Positions 1-12,032 of a stretch of DNA of 64,000 bases are shown here, piece after piece; within the stretch, counting starts at the first letter, position 1; the number at the start of each line of letters is the position of its first letter. Made by a program: the position numbers and the translations under genes. The DNA comes from Octopus bimaculoides. Its lineage: Eukaryota. The notes under the pieces are model-generated. The model ran no database searches and was not told where the DNA came from. It saw only the letters and a list, made by a program, of their open reading frames with translations. The stretch spans positions 78,788,085 through 78,852,084 of the forward strand of contig NC_068981.1 in NCBI RefSeq assembly GCF_001194135.2, read 5' to 3'.

Positions 1-59
1 AAATGGAAAAAATGTAGAACCAAGAGGGATATTTAATCTCTCTAGTATTGATGCCATGA

Positions 60-222
60 TAAAATCCATGCATTCAGTATGCTTCATAAAGTGGTTGGCA
101 ACATGAAGGGCATCCTGCCATAGAAAAAGTGCTAAATACTCTGAATAAGAGCAAACTGTCTCTGATGACCTATGTAAACCAGCATAGAAAAATAGACATA
201 AACTGATGACAACAATGATGAC
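60..222 (+). mobile_element. Degenerate RTE-LINE 3' tail repeat ending in (GAT)n-like tract
   Basis: AAGGGCATCC..GTAGAAA-like core and a terminal GATGAC/GATGAT run. Same repeat as the well-preserved copy at 29461-29686. Confidence 0.5.
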
Positions 223-341
223 GATATACATAAATATTGCTAGCACATCAAGGGACCAGAAAGAGACTCTCAGTCACAGTCACTGACTGTACACTACCTT
301 ATTATTTCACTATCTGTGTACAATGCTCCTTACTTCCCTAT

Positions 342-348
<7 letters not shown>

Positions 349-432
<84 letters not shown>
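349..432. repeat. (CT)n microsatellite
   Basis: Perfect CT dinucleotide run. It explains the SLSLSL ORFs at 237-546. Confidence 0.98.
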
Positions 433-437
<5 letters not shown>

Positions 438-683
438 TAGTATTTCTATCACTCACAATGTGATTGCATCAGGACAGGAAAGTATAGAAATTCTACATAA
501 GAAATACAATTTTTGTGTCCTGAGTGTGAACCATCACAACAGATGAATACTAGAAAAGAGGTAACTGCCCCTTCATGACTGCACTGATCTATTGGTGTAC
601 TATTTCTAGCATTGAATAGCTGAACATTCAGAGCTTTATAGACAGATTTATCATTTTGGAACTAACTGTATTTCTATAAGATA

Positions 684-1583
684 TGTGCTCTGATCAATAA
701 ATATTCAGACTATTGCCATAGTAACACAGCTACAACATGTAGAGTGAAGCTGCTAGGCACAAATTTACTTTGAACTCTGTTGTACATACACACTAAGTTT
801 TAACATTCTAGCTCACTTCTGCTGTTTACAGCACTACTTGGAAGTAACATGTGTAGGGGTGTTCATCACACTGACCATGACAGAGAAAGCTGAGCAGAGA
901 ATCTGTATCAAATTTTGCCAAAAGCTTGGTGATACCTGCTCAGAGGCCTACACAAAGTTTTCACAAAGTTTTTATCGTTATCAACACAATCAAGGAGATC
1001 ATGTGCAACTGAAACCTAAGTGTCTTTTTGGTCAGCTGAAAGCAGTTTCGTCACAAACTTGGCAGACACGTGCCTCATGCCCAAATCCTCAGTGATAATG
1101 GACTGAGCTGAACCGTAACTAATCTGCACATCCTCTGATAACTCACAGATACTGATTCAACAATTTCCCATCACAGCTGTACGCACATCTGCAATGATTT
1201 TCTCTGTTCTACTGGTTCCATGTCTCCCAGAATGTTCATCACTATCAATATTTTTTTTCGGCCAACTTGGAAACATCTGAACCACTCGCACACTTGTATG
1301 TGGCTCATACACTCCTTCCCATACACTTTCTGCAACTTTGCACAGGCTTCTCAGCGGGTATCGCAATGACAACTTTCTCTGTCATGGTCAATGTGTGTGA
1401 CAATCACATGTTAGACATATTACTTTGAAGTACAGCTGTAAACAGCAGAAGAGAGCTAGAATGTTAAAACTTAGTGCACATACACAGCAGAGGTCAAGGT
1501 CAATCTGTGCCAAGTAGCTTCACTCTGCGTGTTTTAGGTTCATTACTATGGCAACAGTTCAGATACTTATTGATCAGACCTTG
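684..1583. mobile_element. Non-autonomous palindromic mariner derivative, copy 1 (two inverted 5' ends)
   Basis: Ends TA|TGTGCTCTGATCAATAAATATTCAGACTATTGCCATAG and CTATGGCAACAGTTCAGATACTTATTGATCAGACCTTG|TA are inverted repeats with TA flanks. The + strand encodes MTEKAEQRICIKFCQKLG. The - strand encodes SDEHSGR..TSRTEKIIADVRTAV and AKFVTKLLSADQKD (mariner HTH region up to the WVP-equivalent motif). Confidence 0.88.
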
Positions 1584-1759
1584 TATGTTGACAGGTATAA
1601 AAATAACTCGATGTCAAAGCTCAAACTGGTTTCTAGGAACCTTTGCACCATAAAATATATTCCATCGTGCAGAACTACCTCATTTTTCTCTGTGCCACTT
1701 CTAATAGTCAATATGTGATACTGGTCTCTCTATTCTTGTTACCCTTTTAAAGCCACACT

Positions 1760-2400
1760 GGATCCTTAAATAGAAAGCTTAGACTTTCCCTGAGCTTGCT
1801 TACTGTTTTCAAGCAGAGTGTGAATCAATGCTCCACAACCAATAAATAATGAACTGATAAGTATCTGTTGTCACTAACTTCTCACTTTCAGTTACGTATA
1901 ATGCATGCAAAACAAATGATACAACAGTTAAAAGATCCTTCAGAAAAGAGTGGTGGTAAGTATAGAAGATCCAGGACAAAAATTTTCTCCAGTTTTCCAC
2001 CATGGCCATCCAGTTCAACAAATGATTGTCTATACAAGTCTGTATAATGCTTGTAATGCTGTAGTTTTTCTCAGGTTCATGTCTTCCATTGACACTTCTG
2101 TTCATGGAAAAGGCAACGGCTTAGAATATCATGATTCTCAAGCTCTTCTTTCAAGAAGTTATACTGTTTTTGACCTTAGGATTCTAAAATATGGACAGGG
2201 ACTGCAACAGATTCATTACTAACCCTTTTATTGTCGAGTGTAAGTCTGCACCAGATTCCTCAAAGGGATTTCTTGTACTCACTAAAAATTTTCAAAATAT
2301 AAAAATATCACAGACAGTTTCCATTTCTGCCAGCTCATCAATTTCTATTGATATTGATCTAGTGACATTATATTATTTCTATCAGGACCCAGCATAATAA
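1760..2400 (-). pseudogene. Possible highly decayed hAT (Charlie/GTF2IRD2-like) transposase fragment
   Basis: Interrupted - strand translations GADLHSTIKGLV, LKEELENHDILSRCLFHEQ and RQSFVELD..DLLY loosely echo the hAT motifs DGAP..KGLV, HCIIHQE and FLEELD..DLLY. Several stops and frameshifts; resemblance is weak. Confidence 0.3.
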
Positions 2401-2899
2401 TTAGTATAAGGCTTTCTACATTTGGCAATTAATTCTGAAATTTTGTAAGTTACAATTAATCCTTTCTCTAATTGACTACTTTTTTTCCCAATGAAGTCCT
2501 TTACTGCAGATTGATTTTTAAATTTATTTACAAAAGAACCCAACTTCTTTTTTTTTTTTTAATCTTTATGTGATTTTTTTTTTAAATGATCACTCATTCA
2601 TTCTTGATGTTTTCATTTCCCATGTTTGAGAAAGTTTCCCCTTACCATAATGAACATATTAATAACTGCTCATTATCAATGGATGGGAGAACTTCATATT
2701 ACAAATATCAATGTGTATTGATATCTTTTTTTCACTTGTTTTGTCATTATGCTATACCTCAATATTCCTGTTTACATTTAACAAAAAAAAGGGGGGGGGG
2801 GCTTTTTTCTAAATGAAGCATTTGTGCTTCAACAAAATCAGAAATAACATTCACTTGAACGCAATTTGAAATAAATAGAGGAAAGTTTCTTTTAATACT

Positions 2900-3110
2900 G
2901 ATTTATCCCTTTGGCATTTAAATTTTTCTATGAAATTACTATCTTTTTATTCACATTATTTTAAATGAATAATACATTATGTTGCAGCTTTGAGATTTTG
3001 ATGATGTGAGTGTTTATCTTTATAATGACATTGTAGCATAGGTGTGAGAGGCCAGATTCTGCTAGTCTGAGCATAAAACAAGAAGAATATTTGGGTTAAA
3101 TATAATTGAT
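2900..3110 (-). mobile_element. Partial piggyBac-type MITE (same family as 14610-14832 and 23913-24153)
   Basis: Reverse-complement similarity to the other copies (GTGTGAGAGGCCAGAT..GAGCATAAAAC). One end is CCCTTTGGCATT. Confidence 0.45.
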
Positions 3111-3344
3111 TATATATGTTATAATTAAATTAATTGTGAAGCAGACTTAAAGAATCAGCATGCAAGAAAAGTGAGAGTTTGAAGGGTCATAATACTTTCA
3201 CTTTAAAGCACATGTTCTTTAATACAAACAGACATTTTATAATACAGGATATCTCCCACAAATATAATTTAGAGAAAATAACCCAAGTTTTGTAATGGTG
3301 TTGCTGTTAATAACTGAAACCAGTACCTATACAGGCACCACTTA

Positions 3345-3665
3345 ATTTCAGGTTGAATCATCACTCAGCATTCACTTTTCTACGCTTGCATAGGTTGAAT
3401 AGAATTTGTTGAGGTAACATTCCTCACAGCCAGACATGTTTTAAACAGATGATTGGAGAAGGACACTACTTGCATGATGGTGACATCTATTCACAACTAT
3501 CACATGAAGTCAAGGCAAGGAGACAATAATGCATACATGCATATATACAACAGGTTTCTTTTTGTTTCCATCTACCAAGTCCACTCGCAAGGCTTTAGTT
3601 AACCTGGGGCTATAGTAGAAGACAATTGCCCAAGATGCCATACAGTGGGACCGAGTCCAGAACAT
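3345..3665 (-). mobile_element. tRNA/CORE-type SINE head joined to RTE-derived tail (degenerate)
   Basis: SINE-head reverse complement (CTACCAAGTCCACTCGCAAGGCTTT..GCTATAGTAGAAGACAATTGCCCAAG) preceded by RTE-tail-like sequence. Confidence 0.7.
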
Positions 3666-5714
3666 TTTTTTTTATAAACTGAAATTCAATGACATTATTA
3701 TGATTGATATCATTCGTTATCAATAAAAAAAATTCAAAGAGATGATTTAAAAAAAAAAAAGGAATTTACATTTTTTTAGGTTATAATAAAGTCTTCAATA
3801 ATGAATGCATTAATGAATAGAAGTATTCAATCGATAAAAAAGAACTTTCACTTCCTACATGTCACTTCTTAAGGTCAGCTAGTTTATGATATTAATTTTA
3901 CAATGAGGTTTATATTAACAATTTTATAATAAAGAGCTACCATTCAATCTTCTTGAGAAAGATTATCTACTTTTAACCTGCTGCAGACTTAAATAATTCA
4001 TTACTCACAAATATATTTTATGGTGGCATTAATTTTCCTGAGATTAAAACCAGTATAAAACAAAAGTTGCTGGTCAATAAAATTTTAGTCTTTAATAATA
4101 TTTAATTAGGTCTTCAACTGAAAATTAGATACATAAGAAACTTCATTATAGCAACCTTTGAAAATAGTATGTCACAAACTGTGGTTAGCATCACTTAGTT
4201 TGATGGGGTGGCTGTGGAAGATTTTTGTTTATTATTTCTTATGTTGCATGTGGCCAGCTGGTTTATCATCAGGGATATATTTTTGGTGTAATTAAGAATT
4301 GTTTTTGTGTTATTAAGATGAGAGAGTGTGGGTGTGACTATTAAATTTTTTTTTTTTTGTACTTCTTGTTTATTTTCATGGCTGTCATTTTAGATGTCAA
4401 CAAGAACAACATAAATTTGAAACAAATCTCATATAATTGCAAAACACTCATTAAAAAAACCCATAAAAACTAATTCAACAACACAATTCTTAATTGCTCT
4501 AAAACATATACACCCCATAATAAACAAGCAGGTCACAGTACAAGAAAAAATATTCATTCTGGATGTCCTTCTTTATGCCAATCAATTTACAGAATGTATT
4601 AGATGCCACCAAGTAACTTGCAAGACAAGAACATTCAACTGTGCAAAGTTGCAGTATTAAAGGAAATGGTTTTGTGTCAGTTGTCATGAGGCTAAAATAT
4701 GAGAGAGAGACAGGAAAATGAGCCTTGCTACACCGGAGATACATGGCTCCCCTAGCTGGAAGGATAGAAAGGATGATGAAATGAGGGAATATCATCAAGA
4801 TACAAGAAGATTACAATTTTTTTTCTTATTTTGAACAGAATCCAAGTTCTTCTATGCAACAAGTTATGCAAGTGCAGATGCTTAAATATACAAGGATCCT
4901 AACAAAAATCTGCAAGCAAAATGACAGTAAGAAACTACTAAAAAAAATTATTGCAGAAAGTGCTTCTCCAGATCAAACAGAATTTTAAAGTAGCTTTTTG
5001 AAATTTTTTTTTAATGAAAATATGTTGTTTTTTTCTTTTGTTTGAAAATGTTCTATCAACTTTAAAATATGTTTTGTTTATTTCTTTACTATGCTTGATC
5101 AGAACTTGGACCATTTTGACATAGCAAACACTTCAGATTTGATCTTGTTCCTCACTTCCAAGCACAACCCTTATGTATACAACACCATCTTCCTATACAG
5201 TGAATGGTCCAAATACACACAATCCCATCGAATCTACTGGTACTTCAAGCCATATTTCTAAAGTGCTTAAGCCAATATTCCCAATCAGCTTAAAAACCAA
5301 AGCTAGTTACACATATAATTTCTTGAAGAGAAAATATGTTGTTTTTTTTTGTAGAAACTATGCATAAGTTCCCCTACATTGATCTAAGTACATTTATAAT
5401 AAGTTTATGAGGTTCTTAACAAGTACTCAGTAATTTGGCTTTTAGAATATTTATATTTGCTGTAGCATCAATATTTTAATATCTTATGTCGAAACAAACT
5501 GTAACACTTTTGATTTCTGATTCTAATTACAACCTTCAAAAATGTAATATAAATAAACCTAGTAATTTGAAATAAAACAAGAAAATACACCAGCATTTGT
5601 TGTTTCACCTTATCATAAAAATATATGAACACTGGGTGTTTATTTTATTTCTATCTTTATTTATTTATTACCAGCACAATATATCTCAAGGTCTGTTATC
5701 AAAGGTATCGGTTA

Positions 5715-6135
5715 TCATTATCATAATCATTTTAGCCTCCACTTTTCTATGCTTGCATGGGTTGGACAGAGTTTATTAAAGCAGATTTTCTACAGCCAGA
5801 TACCCTTCCTGTCACCAACCCTTACTTGTTTCCAAGCAGGATGGATAATATTTTTCCATGGCCAGACAAGTTTCTGCAGAATACTGAAAATGAATGACAT
5901 TATTTACAACAACCATGCAATGTTAAGTCAAGGATGGATGGGCAGACAGGCACAGACACACGGACACACATACAACAAGTTTCTTTCAGTTTCTAGCAAC
6001 CAAACCCACTCACAAGGCTTTGGTTGACCCAAGGCTATAGTAGAAGACACTTGCCCAAGGTGCTACACAATAGGACTGAACTTGAAACCATGTAGTTGAG
6101 AAGCAAACTTCTCAACCACACAAACCCATCTGCAC
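5715..6135 (-). mobile_element. tRNA/CORE-type SINE with RTE-derived tail
   Basis: CCACTCACAAGGCTTTGG..GCTATAGTAGAAGACACTTGCCCAAGGTGC head, a CA-rich hinge, and a tail ending in ATCATTATC on the + strand. Confidence 0.8.
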
Positions 6136-6321
6136 CTTATACATGGTTTTAAAATAATAGGATGAAGTTCAAAGGAAGTTTAGTTACTTTTTCTAGCAGG
6201 TTGAGTGACAATGTAAAGGCTTCTTCATTTGCACAAGACAACATTTAAAACAGTAATATGTAAATAAGTTATTGCTCAGAACGTAACGTCATACACATTC
6301 TATAACAAATAAAAAAAAAAA

Positions 6322-6324
<3 letters not shown>

Positions 6325-6369
<45 letters not shown>

Positions 6370-6375
6370 ATATAT
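6325..6375. repeat. (TA)n microsatellite
   Basis: Direct reading of the sequence. Confidence 0.95.
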
Positions 6376-6599
6376 ACACATGTTAATATGCAGTTGTAAG
6401 ACTTCTTAATGATTAGTGTGGATTTAATTTTTATTCAAGTTCACTAATGGCCAATTATCCAGAACAGCAATGTGTCTACAAATGTTTAAAATGTTGGTTT
6501 TATTTATATACCTATGTTGTTAATGCATCAATATGTAGAACTTACAAAATATAGGTGCTTGACAAAAACCAACACTTTTAGAAACAGAGAAAGTTTCTA

Positions 6600-7660
6600 G
6601 CACCATCTTCAACAGATTCCACATTTTAGCTCACTGTTGAGCATAGCCTTGGGATCCAAGTGTAATCCATATGGATCACATGCTCTACCTAGCACACAAC
6701 TCCAATTCCATCAGAACAGCCATATCATTAGACATATTTGCAAGCTCAGGACTTCCTAGTTGGAGATGTAGTCTCAGCAACAAATGTGTGTTTTAGATCA
6801 TAGCTGGCAAAGCTGGGAGCTCATTAGTTTTTTCATATGCTGACAATACAGTGTAGGTCTCTGTAGAATACAAGAGACAGGTAGTACTACAGCTCAGTAA
6901 ACATAGGATTTTGTCAATAGTTTAATAGTATATTGTTTCTATATTGATCACTGAGCTTCCCCCAAAAGCAACCTCAACCAACTCTATGTGGCAATACATC
7001 CCCATATCTAGGCTGTTCTCATCAGAAATCACACAACCCAAATATATCAACTTTCTCACAACACTTAGCAGCTGATTTGCAATCATGGCTAGAGGTTCAA
7101 TCATATTTAAGCACTCCAGATTTAAGTTAGTACAAGACTTCAATCCTTTTCACATTTACTACTAAGTCAAAATCTGATACTGTACATTCAAAATGGTGTG
7201 TCATTGGATATCTTCTAGGGAATGAGTCATCAGGGGATGAATCATCAGTGGAAAGAATTTCACAAAATACACATACAGAAGCACTTCTTGGTAGATCTTA
7301 ATCTAGATATGTTCAACAAGCCACCATCCACTTGTGCAGATATATACTCCCCCTGTTAGATTACTTGCCATTTTTTTGAAGAACAATATTCAGAAATAGT
7401 GCAAAGAGTGTTGATGCAAGTACACAGCCTTGCTTTTGGAGTGTACACAGCCTTGTTTTTGGAGCAAGTACACAGCACTGACTTACTGCATGGGCAACTG
7501 AAAAGAGGGTCTGAAATCTCCACAAATATGTCCAAGCAGCCATATCTTTAAAAGGATGTCATCAGTGTAGCAGGTGACCTGATTGTGATGCATAGGAGAA
7601 GTCAAAGACTGATTGCAAACAATGGTAAAAGGGCTATAAAAAAAAAGGTGTAAAATATTG
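6600..7660 (-). mobile_element. RTE/BovB-like LINE reverse transcriptase remnant
   Basis: - strand ORF fragments QKQGCVLASTLFALF (GVKQGCVLAPTLF motif) and VVRKLIYLGCVISDENSLD..VAFG (YLGS.IS.D.SLD..AFG motif). Frameshifted. Confidence 0.8.
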
Positions 7661-7979
7661 CAAAATGAAACTGAATAGAATAACTGAAAGGAAAAGTAGA
7701 AAGAAAAACAGTTAAGATTCACTACACTAGGAGTACAAAAGTATTTTGCAATACTTGCAGTGAGGGCTATGCCAGTATCTTTGGTCTACAACCTCGAAGA
7801 AAGAGCATACATTGAGTTCCCTCAATGTATGTATGTGTAAGAGAGTATTGTAGTTTGCTTGAAACATTGTGTATTGTTTGTAAAGAATAAAAAGTTTTGA
7901 ATGGTACAACAATGCACTATAATACAAAAAAAAAATGGACTATATATTTGTTGTAATTTAGTTATCTATAGTCTAATGA

Positions 7980-8388
7980 TATTTCGGAATACAATTCCTT
8001 CTTCAGATCTTTAAAAGAAATCTGCTAACAGGTCGTACTTGATTATGAGTGACAGCCAAAAAAGAAGAGACGAGTGATATAGAGAGTTGTAACATAGATA
8101 ATTTTTGCAACTAATAATTAATACTGAAAACTCTCTATGAGTTCAAAACTTTGATAATTAATAGATATAATCAACAGAAACTGGACCCAAGTATTGCATT
8201 GGTTTGATTTGACCAAGAGAAAAGTTCCTGTGCCCACAGCCATTCTGTAACCAGTGAGATCAATGTGGTACATGTTCTTAAATGGTTACAAGCATTTATG
8301 TGTAAATGGTTACAAATCACTGCCCCCACTCTCTTTGGGACGGTAAGAGTATGATAGTCTGATAACTACCACTGAGAGAGAGGGGGGG

Positions 8389-8452
<64 letters not shown>

Positions 8453-9470
8453 AAAACACTTAGCAAGGGCAGGGGCTAGAAGTATGATGCAATGTTTGGA
8501 GGTAATGGAACACTTTCAGAGCCAGTGGCCATCTTAGTTTATAGCAAATGAGGATACTTCATACTTAGGGTGTATGTGAATATGATAGTAAATCTGATGG
8601 AATAGACGTGGGAACAGGTTTGAAAGAGATTTACAGTGTACAGCGTGGATCTGGATACAAAGCCAACAATAAATGTGAGTGTATGGGTGGGTTGGGGGTT
8701 CCCTCCATGAGGAGTACTGCCTACAGACCCAACATAGTTAAGAAATGGAGATGGAAGATTGTGCAAAATTCATAGAGTTCTTTTGGCAAGAGACCTAAAA
8801 GATCAACTGCAATTTGGGAGGAAAGAAAACTCTTCTGAATTGCATAGTGAGAAAAACAGCATTTTCATGTTGTGGGTGATGGTCTTGCAGGAGTTGCTGT
8901 GTAGGATAAAAGACATCCAGTTTGTGAGATTTTCTCCTACCAATGTATCTCCATATTCTTTGCCTGAACAGCTGATAAGCAGCTATGAAAAAGCCCCTTG
9001 GGAATTTCAGTGTGCTGGATTTTTATTGCATGTGATGTGACAAAACATGCCTCGCAGGATGACTTTAGTCACTAGTTTAACTACATCTCATGGGTCAGAA
9101 ATTAAACAAATGTATAATCAGGGACATTAGCATATAACTGGCAAATTTCTGACCAGCCAGCTGACTTCTGGTGCAACAGGGCAATATCTGGATGTGGTGT
9201 GAGTAACTGAGATAATGAGACACTCATCAGAAGATCTGTTAAGTGTAGAGGCAGTGTTGGTTTACAAGAGACTGGATTTTGAGGTATTAATTAGAATGTA
9301 TGTAAGAGATAAAACTAACTGGTGTCTTCAATACTGCAATATACTATGCCTTAACTCTTTGAATGTGTTGGTCTACCAGGTTGTAAGTAGAACCAATACA
9401 ATGGTGTATTCCACTGTTGAAGGCAGTAGTAATACTGAAAGTGACAGGTGCTTTGTTGGCTTCTAGTGCT
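7980..9470 (+). mobile_element. Decayed Tx1/L1-like LINE ORF2 remnant, interrupted by (GA)n at 8375-8450
   Basis: Fragments KKSANRSYLIMSDSQ (KILANRL..), IALV*FDQEKS (A.lSLDQEKAFD) and RSTAIWEERKL (W.ERKLSL) occur in the expected order. Confidence 0.45.
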
Positions 9471-10691
9471 GAATTCAATCCTAATCATAGGAAATGATAC
9501 CTCCAGAAGGTTGGCATCCTATTGAAGATGACATTCGTCTACCATCCCCTAAATACCACTGAATCCAGATACAAGCAGTACATAAAGGGCCACAAAGATT
9601 AATTAAAAGGAAATATTCTGTATATTTCTCACGAAAAAATTGCCCTTGTACCTAATGATGTAAGATAACAAAATAGCTAATAACTGTATACTAAGACTCT
9701 CATTATCAACACCAGGAGGATGAAAGGTTAAACTGACTGACTGCAAGACAAGGTGTATATTTTGGGGGATTAGTCAGCAATTGAAAATTCATTTTTCTTC
9801 ACTTACATTAATTGCTATGCACATGAGAAAAGCTCAAACATCAAAGCCTCAAATATTATTCCCACTGCTATTAGTTTGCACTAAAAATATTCTCTCTCTG
9901 CCAATCTAAGAAATGAGCAACAATTGCAATGATAAACTAATTATATAAATACATGTATATAAAGGAAGGTTGTATATATTTTTTATTTTTCTTCAGTGTT
10001 TCTATATTTTAAACAAGGAATAAATGAGAATTGGAGATTTCCACCATTATAATTAAAGTTGATTTTCATTCAGTGGTTTCTTGTGAATTTAGACTACAAC
10101 CTACCATTAAGCTATAACTATCACTTTTTTCAGTTCTAATATTTCAATTTAGCACCCCAAATTTGAATATCTGCTTTAAATGATATAACAATATTATTAA
10201 CTTTTGGGGTTGAAGGAATATCTAAGAATGGATATTTTGATTTACATTTTCTTCTCTTACCAATTGCTTTCATGCAGTTTCAAATTTGAAACCAATAAAA
10301 CTATGATGTTTTTTTTTTTTCATAAATCAGTTAAAGTGAAATAAATTAAAATCAGTAAAACATTGAATTTTAATCAAAATATTAGATGTACTATGCCATT
10401 AGATTTATTTTTCTCACATGAAAGCTTTTCCTACTGCTAAACAATTAAATGAGTGAGACACCTGTTGCCATTCAAGAAAAGCTAAATGAGAGTGGGCCAG
10501 CACTAACCACTCTGTTATGAGGCCAAACACTGAAAATGATTATATCCAAAAAAAATAAGAAAATTTTTGAAAGTGATGTTAGAAAAATGTTGGTGTTAAA
10601 ACAAGCAAAAAAAAAAAAATGAAATCAAATAAATCACTTAAGTATGTAAAATAGTACCTAATCAACTATATATTTTTGAAAAGGTCAGCAT

Positions 10692-10917
10692 AGGTGCAGG
10701 CAAGGCTGTGTGGTAAGAAGCTTCCTTCCCAACCACATGGTTTTGGGTTCAATCCTACTGTGTGGTACCTTGGGCAAGTGTCTTCTACTATAGCCTATAC
10801 ATAGGCTTAAAAAAATAAAATAAGTCCTAGGGTTGGTTTGTTCGACTAAAACCTTTCAAGATGGTGCTGTGGCATGGACACATGCAAATGATTGAAACAA
10901 GTAAAAGATAAAGAATA
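10692..10917 (+). mobile_element. tRNA/CORE-type SINE (non-RTE tail subfamily), internally deleted
   Basis: AGGTGCAGG..GGCTGTGTGGTAAG (A box), GGGTTCAATCC (B box), CCTTGGGCAAGTGTCTTCT (CORE-like), and tail GAAACAAGTAAAAGA. Confidence 0.88.
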
Positions 10918-11564
10918 GTTGCATATATGAAGAAAAAAGTATGATAATAGTTATTTATTTGTAATGGAAGGAAAAAGTAACAACACACAGAATATTAGTT
11001 TGATCTTTTGTGATGAAAACAAAAATCTTTAAAATATTATTGTTAGTGTACAAACAATACTTTTAAATAAAACATCATTCATGGGGCCTTAACTTAATTC
11101 ACAAAAAGATTTGCAAATATCTGAGATGGTGGTTGTATAGCAGGTGCTAAGTCAGCTCTGATCAAGTAGATCTTAGCACTTAAGAAGTCTAGTAAATGAC
11201 AAGATGTGACTTATAGATCTATTGCTCCAGATATATCATGCTTCTGCTTAGATAAAGGCCATTATGCAAACAATGACATGTGGTGATGAATCACATGGGG
11301 TGTAGTATATCAGTTTGGAGATGAATTACCTCCAATATCCATACTATTTCTGGATGCTTGTAGATTTAGGTGGTGGTCACAGAGGAACTAGCCATGGTGA
11401 ACTTAGAATGTGACAGTTGCTGTTATCATGTATATGGTTTGCATACATCCCCAACACAATGTATGCAGGACTAATGAGACTATTGATGTTGCAGCTATTT
11501 CTCAATCTGCTTTTTATTTTATTTCCTTTATTTCTTTTGCTAGAGATGTACTATAGCTATATTC

Positions 11565-11652
11565 TTTTATCCTTTTACTTGTTTCAGTCATTAGACTGTG
11601 GCCATGCTGGGCCACCGCCTTGAAGAATTTTAGTTGAATAAATCCATCCCAG

Positions 11653-11683
<31 letters not shown>

Positions 11684-12032
11684 GAGAATATACAAATAAT
11701 AACAACAGACGAGGACAGGTGGTGTAAATAACAAAAGGATATATTAGTATGACGCTCGGGAATACGGAAAGTCTTTGACGTTTCGAGCTACGCTCTTCAA
11801 CAGAAAGAATACGGAGACAAGGAGAAAAACACGGAGAAAAAAAATGGAGAAAAATAAATTGATATATATATATATATACACACACACCACAGGCTTCTTT
11901 TAGTTTCCGTCTACCAAATCCACTCACAAGGCTATAGTAGAAGACACTTGCCCAAGGTGCCACATAATGAGATTGAACCCGGAACCATGTAGTTGGGAGA
12001 CAAGCTTCTTACCACACAGCCACTCCTGTACC
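11565..12032 (-). mobile_element. tRNA/CORE-type SINE interrupted at its microsatellite hinge by a hammerhead-bearing repeat
   Basis: Tail at 11565-11650, (TA)n, inserted repeat at 11690-11862, (TA)n, head at 11890-12032. Confidence 0.85.
11772..11808 (-). ncRNA. Minimal type I hammerhead-like motif, CUGUUGA core variant, copy 1
   Basis: - strand TCTTT-CTGTTGA-A-GAGC-GTA-GCTC-GAAAC-GTC-AAAGA. Stem I is TCTTT/AAAGA, stem II is GAGC/GCTC, stem III is palindromic ACGT, and the cleavage triplet is GUC. Core A6 is replaced by U. Confidence 0.65.

Noticed and set aside
4718-4990. Near-ORF MSLATPEIHGSPSWKDRK... that would extend to about 90 aa with one frameshift in a T run
   Set aside because: No recognisable motif, and it requires an assumed indel.
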